From: a virus
Strand: one strand, 5' to 3'
IMG/VR virus record: IMGVR_UViG_3300032516_000005
DNA length: 64,000 nt
Each line of letters opens with the position of its first letter. Position 1 is the first letter of the stretch. Shown one piece after another: positions 54,253-63,024 of this stretch. A model generated the notes under the pieces. That model did not search any database. It saw nothing but the letters and a program-made list of their open reading frames with translations, and was not told the DNA's origin. A program made the translations under genes and the position numbers.

Positions 54253-55287
54253 ATGTGCATGGCCGACAAGTTTCCCGAGTCGCTCCCCGGCTTTATGAAG
54301 ATGTTCCCAGACGACGCAGCGTGCGCGAAGTACCTCGAAGCGATCCGCTGGCGCGACGGCTTCCAGTGCCCGAAGTGCGGCGTCACCGCCGAGCCGTTCC
54401 GGTTCTCCGCGCGCCCCGGCGTGCTGCGCTGCAAGGGCTGCAAGAAGGACACGGCTCTCACCGCCGGCACGATCATGGAGCGGACCCACACGCCGCTCTC
54501 GACGTGGTTCTGGGCGGCCTTCCTGATCTCCAGCCAGACGCCCGGCATGTCCGCTGTGCAGTTGCAGCGCCAGCTCGGCCTGTCGCGCTATGAGACGGCT
54601 TTCCAGATCCTCCACAAGCTCCGTGCCGGTATGGCGACCACGAGCGGGCCGATCGGCGCTCGGGCACACGTCGAGGTCGACGAGACCTACGTCGGCGGTC
54701 GCACGCGCGGCAAGGGACGCGGCGTCACTGATCAGATCCGTGTGATCGGCGCGGTCGAGGTAAAGCAGCGCAAGATCGAGAAGATCGACACCGAAGACGA
54801 CTACCGGCACACCAAGGCGAAGCCCCGGCGCGGCGGTCGCTACGCGGGCCGGCTGCGCCTTGCGGTCATCCCCGACAAGACCGCGAAGACGTGCGGCGGG
54901 TTCATCGCCGCGAACGTCGACACCCTCACGGAGATGGTCGTCACCGACGGCTCGCAGAGCTACGCGGGGTTGGCACGGCACGGCTACCAGCACCTCGCGT
55001 GTCCCGAGCGCGGCGAGCCGGGCGTCACCGAGGACTACCTGCCCGTGATCCATCTCGTGTTCAGCAACCTCAAGACGTGGATCAACGGCACGCATCACGG
55101 CGTGTCGCCCGATCACCTCCAGGCGTACCTGAACGAGTTCGTGTTCCGCTTCAACCGGCGCTTCTACCCGTTCAACTCGTTTCGGAGTTTGCTCGGGCTG
55201 AGCGTCACGAAGGAGGCTCCCACATATGACGAGCTGTACGATGGCGATTGGACTCATCCGAGCACTACCGGTGGGAGCGTTGGGTGA
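54253..55287 (+). CDS. IS1595-family (ISXO2-like) DDE transposase
   Basis: RW.DGF.CPKC Zn ribbon, VEVDETY, TDG, GTHHGVS..HLQAYLNEF.FRFNRR. Confidence 0.95.
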   Translation: MCMADKFPESLPGFMKMFPDDAACAKYLEAIRWRDGFQCPKCGVTAEPFRFSARPGVLRCKGCKKDTALTAGTIMERTHTPLSTWFWAAFLISSQTPGMSAVQLQRQLGLSRYETAFQILHKLRAGMATTSGPIGARAHVEVDETYVGGRTRGKGRGVTDQIRVIGAVEVKQRKIEKIDTEDDYRHTKAKPRRGGRYAGRLRLAVIPDKTAKTCGGFIAANVDTLTEMVVTDGSQSYAGLARHGYQHLACPERGEPGVTEDYLPVIHLVFSNLKTWINGTHHGVSPDHLQAYLNEFVFRFNRRFYPFNSFRSLLGLSVTKEAPTYDELYDGDWTHPSTTGGSVG

Positions 55288-55545
55288 CAACCGGACAGGC
55301 ATGGATGTCCGCTCCAACAAGGGCGGAATTGCAGTGTCCGGCGAAATCACGCTGCACCACGATGAGGTCTACGTGCAGGTCTCGCAGCCGTTCAGCGGCG
55401 CCGACACGGGCATCCTGATCCGTACGTGCAAGGGTCGGCGCGACTACACGGGCGGCGTCAACAACTTCGCGGCGCTCACACTCCTCGACGACGTTCCGAC
55501 GCTCGCCGCGCGTGTACGTGCCGTGATGGGTGCAGAAGGTCGCCG

Positions 55546-55851
55546 ATGAAGATCCCAATCTCGCGTGCTGCGCTCGCGGCGATGACGCTCGACGAGTACC
55601 GCACGCACTATCCCGAGGTCGCGTCCGGGGAAGTCCTCGAAGCGATGTACGACGACCGCCTCGTCGCGTTCGACGAGCAGGTTGCGATCTCTGTGCAACT
55701 GGTCGATGAACTCGCCGACGAGGAAGTCATCGCCGACATGGACGAACAGTGCCCGCTGTGCGGTGGCCCGCAGCAAATCCTCGGCAAGCTCGGGCAGCGC
55801 GTGCACCTGCGTTGCCGTAACTGCGGCGCCGATACCAACAGCGCGAGCTAG
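55546..55851 (+). CDS. hypothetical protein with Zn ribbon
   Basis: CPLCGG..LG.LG..H.RCRNCG. Confidence 0.65.
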   Translation: MKIPISRAALAAMTLDEYRTHYPEVASGEVLEAMYDDRLVAFDEQVAISVQLVDELADEEVIADMDEQCPLCGGPQQILGKLGQRVHLRCRNCGADTNSAS

Positions 55852-56447
55852 CGCTTGCGACGGCGGTAGATCACGATGCCGGTGCCTGCAGCGGCCAGCA
55901 GCACGACGACGCCCGTGATCGCGTACGCGATGGTCCGCTTGCGCGTCACTACAGGCGCCACCTCGCCGAACTGCTGACGCTTCTGCGGTGTCATGACGAT
56001 GACACCGACGCGATCGCGGAACTTCCAGCGCTTGTCCAGCTCGTGACGCGTCAACGTCCGACGGTTACCCTTGACGTTCGGGTCCATGATCTCGACGAGG
56101 CTGGGCTTGACGTCGGTGGCGATGACGAAGTGCCCCTGGCCAGGCCGGGTGAAGCTCTGGATCGCGAGGATCACGGGCACGTCGCGCGACGTGTACTGCT
56201 CCAGCTCGTCGATCGAGTCGAATTGGCGCGTCTGCGCCCAGTACCCTCGCGCGCGGGCCGCTGCTTCGACCTGATAGCAAGTCGAGCCCGTCTTGGGGTC
56301 GACGCCAACCTCGCGGATCAGATCCCGTTCGTCGGCAGGTTCGTCCCAGTGACCCATCACGGCCTTGAGGGCAGCGGCGCCGCACGAGTACGGCTGGATT
56401 TGCTGGTACGGCTCGACGTCGCCGAGGTGGATCGCTGCTGCGAGCAT
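55848..56447 (-). CDS. C39-family cysteine peptidase with C-terminal TM anchor
   Basis: Q...YSCGAAAL, GHFVI, IMDP; TM helix then RRRKR. Confidence 0.8.
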   Translation of the reverse strand: MLAAAIHLGDVEPYQQIQPYSCGAAALKAVMGHWDEPADERDLIREVGVDPKTGSTCYQVEAAARARGYWAQTRQFDSIDELEQYTSRDVPVILAIQSFTRPGQGHFVIATDVKPSLVEIMDPNVKGNRRTLTRHELDKRWKFRDRVGVIVMTPQKRQQFGEVAPVVTRKRTIAYAITGVVVLLAAAGTGIVIYRRRKR

Positions 56448-56498
56448 CGGTTTAGCGTACCGTAATTCGGGCTGCCCTTTGAGTGGTATCCTGCGAGA

Positions 56499-57080
56499 AT
56501 GCCGCGCCACGTGTTCACAGCGCCGCAAGCTGACCTCGACGTCTTCGCTCAGATCGACGGGCCGCTTGTGTACTTGGCGGGTCCGATTCAGGGCTCGGTC
56601 AACTGGCAGGCCGAGGCGATCGATATCCTAGGCGAGCTGGCGCCGGACGTTCATGTCGCGTCTGCGCGTGGGCCTGACTTCCGTGGCGGTGTCGAACGGC
56701 ACCTGTCGTGGGAGCAGCTGTTCCTCGAACGTGCTGCGCGTGACGGCGTCATCTTGTTCTGGTGCGCGCGCGAGTCGACACACCGTTGCAACCGTACGCA
56801 CGCTGCACAGATGCGGTTCGAGCTGGGTGAATGGGTGGTGAAGGCCAGCGTCGGCCTCGCCAAGGTCACGGTCGGAATCGAGCGCGGCTTCACGGGTGGG
56901 CCGTACCTGCAACGCCGGTTCACGCTCTCGTACCCGAACATCCCGATCTGCCGAACGTTGCGCCAGACCTGTGCCGTCGCTATCGAGACAGCGCGTCGCG
57001 AGACGCCGTTGGTTATCTATCCGCGGACGCTCGAAGAGTTGTTCATGCCGCGGTCGTTTGTCGCGAAGAACAACGGCTAG
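56499..57080 (+). CDS. nucleoside 2-deoxyribosyltransferase-like protein
   Basis: VYLAGPI...WQ...WE...ILFW...RFELGEW. Confidence 0.75.
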   Translation: MPRHVFTAPQADLDVFAQIDGPLVYLAGPIQGSVNWQAEAIDILGELAPDVHVASARGPDFRGGVERHLSWEQLFLERAARDGVILFWCARESTHRCNRTHAAQMRFELGEWVVKASVGLAKVTVGIERGFTGGPYLQRRFTLSYPNIPICRTLRQTCAVAIETARRETPLVIYPRTLEELFMPRSFVAKNNG

Positions 57081-57755
57081 CTGTTAGCCTGACCGTGCCA
57101 CGTCTTCAGCGTCACTGATCGCCGCACGAACCTCGCGGCCGAGCGCTGCCTGCTCACCGGGCGACAACCGCTTCCACGGCCAGGGTGCTCATGCATGGCT
57201 CGATGGTAACGCAAAACGCGTAGTAACGCGAGCGGCGATCGCTTGATCGCGTACGCGATCGACCCCTGTGGTTCTACCTCCACGCTGAAATCATCGGTCT
57301 CTAAGCGGGCAGTCTCGGCGGTACAGGTGCTTGATCGTACATACGATCATAGGTACCGTAGTTGCTTCCTCGTCTACCTTTACGGACCGGCTAGGGGGCA
57401 ACATGACACTGAAAGTCCAGCGCGAATCTGCGACTCCGAACCTGCTCAAGTACAGCGTCACCCTGACGGTGGTGAGTTTACCCTGAGCCGCGAAGACCTG
57501 ATCCGCGACAGCACGCGTGGACCGCTTCGCACGTACGTCGAGCGAGCTGTTCAACTGAAGGATGCGGATGCAGCCTGTCGCTACCTGTTGTGCAGCGCCT
57601 CGATGCGAACGCTGGTGACGCCGCGTTCGTTCGCGCGTGTCGCTGTCGACGCGAGCGCTGAAGGTGCTGCATCGAGCATCGCGTTCAAGATCATGGCCGA
57701 ACCCAACGCAACGGCTATCGTCGCACTCGAATTCCGCCACTCGGTCTCGGCGTAA

Positions 57756-58307
57756 CTAACGCCGTTGATAATGCCGGCCAACGCTGGCAGATGACGCGCG
57801 ACAGCGTTTGGTCAAGCGACCGATGCCGAAGCCGATGCCGGTGAGCACCACGAAGGCACCTGCGCCGACCAGTACAGGATGATCGAGTACGAACTGCGCT
57901 GCGGGATGCTTGTCGAGGAAGATCGCGGTATCGAGAACAGGCACCAGTTTGCTGATGCCTGAGTCTGTCGACGGCGGCGGCTTGGGTGCACCGGGTACGG
58001 GTGGTGGCGCCTTGGCCGCTGCAAGCGCCTTCAACGTCTTGAGGCGGTTGACGACTTGCGGCAACGCTGGATCCTTGGCGATCCCCATGACCGTGTCCAA
58101 GTGCGGGCCAGCCTGGTTGAGGATCCCGACAGCCTTGGTGAGCAACTCCGGACCCTTCGCGAGGATCGTTTGAATGTCTTCAGCGACACCGCCGAAGCCG
58201 GCAGGTGCGTAGAACGGCAACCTGCTCAGCCGGTCTTGCAGATCAGTTTCGGCTTCAGTCGACCAGACACGAGGCAGGGGTGCAGGTTGATGAGAGGCGA
58301 ACAACAC
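57756..58307 (-). CDS. membrane protein with C-terminal TM and basic tail
   Basis: AGFGG near the N-terminus; TM near the C-terminus. Confidence 0.65.
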   Translation of the reverse strand: MLFASHQPAPLPRVWSTEAETDLQDRLSRLPFYAPAGFGGVAEDIQTILAKGPELLTKAVGILNQAGPHLDTVMGIAKDPALPQVVNRLKTLKALAAAKAPPPVPGAPKPPPSTDSGISKLVPVLDTAIFLDKHPAAQFVLDHPVLVGAGAFVVLTGIGFGIGRLTKRCRASSASVGRHYQRR

Positions 58308-58324
58308 GTGGTTAGCCTATCACC

Positions 58325-58340
58325 GATCGTGTGCGCGATC
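58325..58340 (-). promoter_or_regulatory. palindromic promoter element
   Basis: palindrome-GGTGA-TAGGCT-6nt-GTG(58307). Confidence 0.7.
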
Positions 58341-58380
58341 ACCGCTTTCGGTCCATGCAGCACGTAGTAGGGTCGCGGCC

Positions 58381-58959
58381 ATGACGCTCGAAGCCCTGAT
58401 CGCCGCCATCATCGCGATGTCATTCAACCTGTCGCCAGAACAGGCACGCATTCACGTCGAGGCCGCTACAGCTGCAGCCGCTGAATACGCGCTTCCCGTC
58501 GAGCTTTTGCTTGGTGTCGCCTACGTCGAGTCACGCTTCGATGAGCGTGCCTTGAGTCGCGTGGAGTGCGCGTCCAAGGATCCGACTAGCTGCGCACGCA
58601 AGACAGGCGTCTGGCCATACGCTACGAAACCGCCGAAGGCGCGTCCCAGTTGGTATTGCGGGCCGTTGCAAAGCGGAGGCTACGTGCCGTGGGCTGAATG
58701 CCAGAAGATGCGCACCGACGTCGCATACGGCTACCGTGCGGGTGCACAAGAGCTGGTGACGTGGATGAACGACAAGCACTGCCAAAGTCTTGGCGTCGAT
58801 GACCGACTGCGCTGTGCGCTCGCAGGGCACAGCGCTGGCAACGCAGGCGTTGCAGCGTACCGGACAGTCAAGTACGCCGACTGGGCGCTCCTTGGGCGTG
58901 ACCGCGTCGTCAAGTTCGCGAACTACGCTGCACGTAAGGCTCAGCAGCCTGGCAGCTAG
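58381..58959 (+). CDS. lytic transglycosylase-like protein
   Basis: LL.VAYVESRF...GPLQ; hydrophobic N-terminus. Confidence 0.65.
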   Translation: MTLEALIAAIIAMSFNLSPEQARIHVEAATAAAAEYALPVELLLGVAYVESRFDERALSRVECASKDPTSCARKTGVWPYATKPPKARPSWYCGPLQSGGYVPWAECQKMRTDVAYGYRAGAQELVTWMNDKHCQSLGVDDRLRCALAGHSAGNAGVAAYRTVKYADWALLGRDRVVKFANYAARKAQQPGS

Positions 58960-59363
58960 TTCTTGGCGATGGCGCAAGACGGATTGTAGGTCGAGGCTTG
59001 ACCCGGTCCGACGATCGAGTGCGGGTCCCAGAACAGCACGTTGATCGTGACGGGCGTGTGCCCGGTGACAACGAACACGACCTTGACAGTCCCGTCCGCT
59101 GGGTCGACGAACGGCTCACCGTGCGTGACGACCGACCACGCTGCGAGCGGCGCCTGCGGGATGACCTGCACGCGCGAAGCAGGAAGGGATCCGTCGGGCG
59201 GTCCCGGCGGCGCGATCGTGATGCCGAGGGGCGGCTCGTTCGGAGACATGCCCGCGAAGCTCTTGTTGACCTGGGTGAGTCCCGTGTCGATCGTCGTGTT
59301 GACGCAGTTGGTCAACGTGATGCGTCGCCGATTCCAAAGAAGTGCGCCTGCCTTCGTACCCAT
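58956..59363 (-). CDS. putative virion protein, paralog of 33252..33620
   Basis: shared motifs; GGAGG RBS; palindrome at 59427-59442 upstream. Confidence 0.75.
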   Translation of the reverse strand: MGTKAGALLWNRRRITLTNCVNTTIDTGLTQVNKSFAGMSPNEPPLGITIAPPGPPDGSLPASRVQVIPQAPLAAWSVVTHGEPFVDPADGTVKVVFVVTGHTPVTINVLFWDPHSIVGPGQASTYNPSCAIAKN

Positions 59364-59459
59364 GATGTCCTCCTAGACCGTGACCGGAGTCGCGAAAATG
59401 CGACGAGGTGACATCAAACTACACCCGATCGCGCACACGATCAACGGGTCGTAGTGGCG

Positions 59460-59906
59460 TTACCAGTCCGAGTCCATCGGGTCGGTTGCGCGCTTTGGAT
59501 CACCTGAACGGCGATACAACCAAACACCGCCGGCTGCGAGTACGATGCCCGTTGCGAGTGCGCCGCCGAGGATCATCAAGCCCGCCACGAGTGGCGTCTG
59601 CTTGGCAAAGAAGTCGGGCGCGTCACCGGGCGCGTCACCGAACTGTTGACGTTGGTACGGGATCACTTGCTGCCCGCCATCGGCGACGGTGTAGTAGTTC
59701 GGGTCGCAGTAGTTACAGATGGGCCCCCGCGCGGGATAGCGCCGTCGGTACATGATGGGCGTGCCGCCGGGACCGAACACCGTGGTGGCCACGCGGGTCG
59801 GACCGATGATCGACTGACTTGGCGCGAGCGGCGAGCCGGCTGGCGGGTACGAGAACGTCGGCATCGCGCTGAGGTCCGGACCTTCGAGTGTGAAGACATG
59901 GGGCAT
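59460..59906 (-). CDS. membrane protein with C-terminal TM
   Basis: QQFGD then TM then YRR; palindrome at 59941-59956 upstream. Confidence 0.65.
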   Translation of the reverse strand: MPHVFTLEGPDLSAMPTFSYPPAGSPLAPSQSIIGPTRVATTVFGPGGTPIMYRRRYPARGPICNYCDPNYYTVADGGQQVIPYQRQQFGDAPGDAPDFFAKQTPLVAGLMILGGALATGIVLAAGGVWLYRRSGDPKRATDPMDSDW

Positions 59907-59957
59907 TGGGGTCGGCTCCTCGGGTGCTCTAACGTACCATGATCGCGGACGCGATCG

Positions 59958-60536
59958 TTACTTGCTACGGCTGCCACCGCGCAGCGGCGTATCGAGTGGA
60001 AAGTGCTTCGCGAAGCTGCCCACCCAGCGGTCGGGCTGCGGCTTGCCCTTCTTTGGTGGCACGGGGACGGCGTGACCGTCACGGCGCCAAACCGCACACG
60101 CCGCATTGGCCTGCTTGACTGCTTCGGCCGGGGTAGTCACGTCGACGCGAAAGCCTGCCTGTTTCTCGGTGGTACAGAACCGTAAGAACGGCTGACCCTG
60201 ATCGAACGCGAGCTGTACGGGGCAGCCCTTGCGCTTGAGCGCGCCTGCGCACGGCTTGGGGCACTTCTTGATCTTCTTCTTGCCCTTGTCCTTGCCCGAC
60301 TTGACGATAGTCTCGCCGCAGTTTTTGCCGTCGACAGCGTCGACGGTCTTGCTCGTCGAACGGTACTCCCGCGCGAGATCCCAACCGCCTTCCCCGCCAC
60401 GGCGTTCGCCGACGATCGCACAGGCCTTGGCGTCGGTCTGACCTGTCTTGCCGGGCTTGCCACCAACGACGACGCGCAGACACGGCACGCTGGACGTATC
60501 GAGCTTTGCCTTGGGGGTTTTCTTTTCTTTCGCCAC
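59958..60536 (-). CDS. Lys/Cys-rich basic protein
   Basis: AAGGAG RBS; ends PLRGGSRSK. Confidence 0.7.
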   Translation of the reverse strand: MAKEKKTPKAKLDTSSVPCLRVVVGGKPGKTGQTDAKACAIVGERRGGEGGWDLAREYRSTSKTVDAVDGKNCGETIVKSGKDKGKKKIKKCPKPCAGALKRKGCPVQLAFDQGQPFLRFCTTEKQAGFRVDVTTPAEAVKQANAACAVWRRDGHAVPVPPKKGKPQPDRWVGSFAKHFPLDTPLRGGSRSK

Positions 60537-60547
60537 GGTGGACTCCT

Positions 60548-63022
60548 TCAGTGCAACGAGTAGTTGACGATCTCGTTCGGGGCGATCCAGCACGCGCGAC
60601 AGCCTTTGCCGTCAGGTCCACCGAGACCCGGCGGGGCAACAGCTTTGCGGCACGTGTGGCCCTTGTCGTCCGTCGCGTACGCCTGGCAGTTGTGTACGAG
60701 GAGCCCGCCTGCAACGAATTCAGGGTTCTCTCCAGCGACTTCCAGATCCCATGTGGGAACGTTGAGCCCGTCATTCACGATTCGCCGAACCGCGACAGTC
60801 CGCGTACGTGTGCGTTCCGGAACCTGTAACGCAGCGGCGACTGCGCGCTTTTCATCGTTCAGAATTTGGGCTTCCTGTGCGATGCGAAGCGCGGCAGCAC
60901 TACGACCGAGAATCGTGATGAGTGTCTTGTGTGGTTCGCGGTGCACTTCCGAGAACGAGCATCGCGCGCCCAGAGAAGACCACAACAACCCCAGCTCCGT
61001 CGCAAGTGCCGGAGAGGTCGTGTACATGCAGACGTCACCACCCCCCTCGCGACGCACCTTCACGGACCCGTCTGCGCTGAGGAATCCTGCAAGGAACCCG
61101 AGCTGTGCACTGCGTGGTGCTTGTAGAAGTCCCGTGGGAAGGCGCCGTGCCGATGAACCAACGCCGTGACCGTAACCAAACGCGTGCAGGTACCGTGTGA
61201 GTTGTGCACTTGACCAGATGGCACGATGCGCGACCCGTTCATGATCAACAAGATCGTTCGCAGCCATCACGCGCTCATCGAAGCGCGCACCGTAGCCGAT
61301 CCACGATTTGATGACGTGGTCGAGCTTTTGGAGATCCATCAACTTTGCGGCACCAACACCGACTTCAACAGAACCGTCAGCGCGAAAATGTGCATCACCT
61401 GCGAAGTAGCCGAGGACGGCCCCGAGATCGCGCGTCCAGTGTTCAGGGAACGTTGCGACGGTCGATGTGCTACCTGCCCCACGACGATCAAAGGTGCGAT
61501 CCCATTCCGATACCGCAACAGGTGTTTCGTGTGAAGCACCTGCATCTTCGGGCATAGCGATCAACTTTGTACCCTCGACGAGTTCGCCTGCTTCAATCCA
61601 GTCTTCAGCGCCCGCGAGGCGGTGATCTGGTGTGACACGCAAACGATGCCCGCCAGTTGTTTCGACGACGAGGGTGGCTTTGACACCGCGAGGTTCAGCA
61701 CGGACGACGTCGCGCCAACCGTCACGTGTCATAACACTGTCGCCGATCTTGACGTTCTCGATGTTGACGAGCCCTTGCTGTTGCACGTGAATTCGCGTGC
61801 CTTCGGCAACGCAGTTCCACGTGTAGCGCAGGTCGGGGCCGGTCATCTTCGGCGGGAACCGCTTCGCGCGATCGTAGACGTACTGCTCCAGCTCGGGTTC
61901 CATGCCGAGGTTCTGTTCGACTTGCAGAACCGTCGTCGCACCTGCCCAACCGGGACCGAGATTCTCCGGACCAGCTGCGTTCACTTCGTACGCACTTGGA
62001 CGGATGATCAGGTTGTTGGCGCTGCGCGCGTGCGGCGCATTGATCTCGTTGACAAGATCAATGCCCCAGCTCGTGGCCCAGATCCGCGACGGCGCCCAGA
62101 ACGTGATGTCCGGTAGCCGATCTGCGATCTGCTTCCACTGCTTCAGGTACTTTGGGCTGAAGAAATCTCCTGAGTCATGGATGCGGAAGAACCGTCGACC
62201 TGTTGGCTCAGGTGGCAGTGGTTGCACCTGTTCGACGATCGTGATCTCACCCGTCTCGGGGTTGGTGATGGCCTGCTCCTCTTTGACGGTGCCGCCATTG
62301 AGCAGGTAGTCGACGTTGTTGATCGCGTAGACCATCGTCTCGATGAACGCGGTTGACCGACTACCGTCAGGTGCAGGTACTTCGAAGTCGATCGCCTGAC
62401 GCGCCCACAGGAAGCGCAGTGTCTGAGCGAACTGGACCTGACCTGTCGAGTACTGCCCGCCGGTCGCGTAGCACTGCTCGCAGATCGCCAGCGCGAGATT
62501 GACGGGCGTGCTCTGCGGACGCTTGAGGCCGATGTTGACCAACCGCGCATTCGCGCTGCGATCTCCGGGCGGTGCGATCGACTGTCCCGCGATGGCACCG
62601 GGGCATGCACCGCCGATCTGGGGCGCGCCTGCGGGGATGCTCCAGCTCGGGGCGTTCATCTTCGATGTCCACGACAGGAGTTTGTACTGTTGGACGTTGG
62701 GATCCGTCGCTGGATTCCATGCGGGACCGGGACCGATTGGCCGATCGAGAACGAGGTAGACGTTCCTGGTGTCCTTGTCCTTGATGTTGCCAGGGTGCAC
62801 GGTGAACTGCAGATCCTGCAAGCTCTCGAACACAGCCTCGCGCACGAAGACCAGCCCAAGCAGGCCGGCATGCGCGTCGGAGAGAACAGCCTGTGGTGCA
62901 GGACACGCAGGATGATCTTCACCGAACTCGTCGCCGCTCAACGAGCCGACGCACATGTCGTAAGCGCGCTCGATCGGCGTGACGTCTTCGGGAACTTCGA
63001 GATGTGGAATGATCGCGGCCAT
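60548..63022 (-). CDS. Gp88-like (radical-SAM-related) protein, intein-containing
   Basis: TSKM..SWSIPA..CPG..C..CYA..G.Y, FRIHDSGDF, FW.PSR, NL.IR.S, CRACW. Confidence 0.75.
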   Translation of the reverse strand: MAAIIPHLEVPEDVTPIERAYDMCVGSLSGDEFGEDHPACPAPQAVLSDAHAGLLGLVFVREAVFESLQDLQFTVHPGNIKDKDTRNVYLVLDRPIGPGPAWNPATDPNVQQYKLLSWTSKMNAPSWSIPAGAPQIGGACPGAIAGQSIAPPGDRSANARLVNIGLKRPQSTPVNLALAICEQCYATGGQYSTGQVQFAQTLRFLWARQAIDFEVPAPDGSRSTAFIETMVYAINNVDYLLNGGTVKEEQAITNPETGEITIVEQVQPLPPEPTGRRFFRIHDSGDFFSPKYLKQWKQIADRLPDITFWAPSRIWATSWGIDLVNEINAPHARSANNLIIRPSAYEVNAAGPENLGPGWAGATTVLQVEQNLGMEPELEQYVYDRAKRFPPKMTGPDLRYTWNCVAEGTRIHVQQQGLVNIENVKIGDSVMTRDGWRDVVRAEPRGVKATLVVETTGGHRLRVTPDHRLAGAEDWIEAGELVEGTKLIAMPEDAGASHETPVAVSEWDRTFDRRGAGSTSTVATFPEHWTRDLGAVLGYFAGDAHFRADGSVEVGVGAAKLMDLQKLDHVIKSWIGYGARFDERVMAANDLVDHERVAHRAIWSSAQLTRYLHAFGYGHGVGSSARRLPTGLLQAPRSAQLGFLAGFLSADGSVKVRREGGGDVCMYTTSPALATELGLLWSSLGARCSFSEVHREPHKTLITILGRSAAALRIAQEAQILNDEKRAVAAALQVPERTRTRTVAVRRIVNDGLNVPTWDLEVAGENPEFVAGGLLVHNCQAYATDDKGHTCRKAVAPPGLGGPDGKGCRACWIAPNEIVNYSLH
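60689..61813 (-). mobile_element. intein (375 aa) with LAGLIDADG endonuclease
   Basis: N|CVAEGT...VTPDHR...LGYFAGDA...FLAGFLSADG...TWDLEV...LVHN|C. Confidence 0.9.
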
Positions 63023-63024
63023 GA

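Larger units (their letters stand above)
53154..55303 (+). mobile_element. IS1595-family element with three passenger genes (2150 bp)
   Basis: 23-bp TIRs CATGCCT(A/G)TCCGGTTG(A/T)CACCCA; 7-bp direct repeat GATGTCC at 53147-53153 and 55304-55310. Confidence 0.9.
53015..55549 (+). pseudogene. gene interrupted by the IS1595 element (5' part 53015-53153, 3' part 55304-55549)
   Basis: excising the element and one GATGTCC restores ...EPNTFDVRSNKGGIAVSGEITLH...DYTGG.N. Confidence 0.85.
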
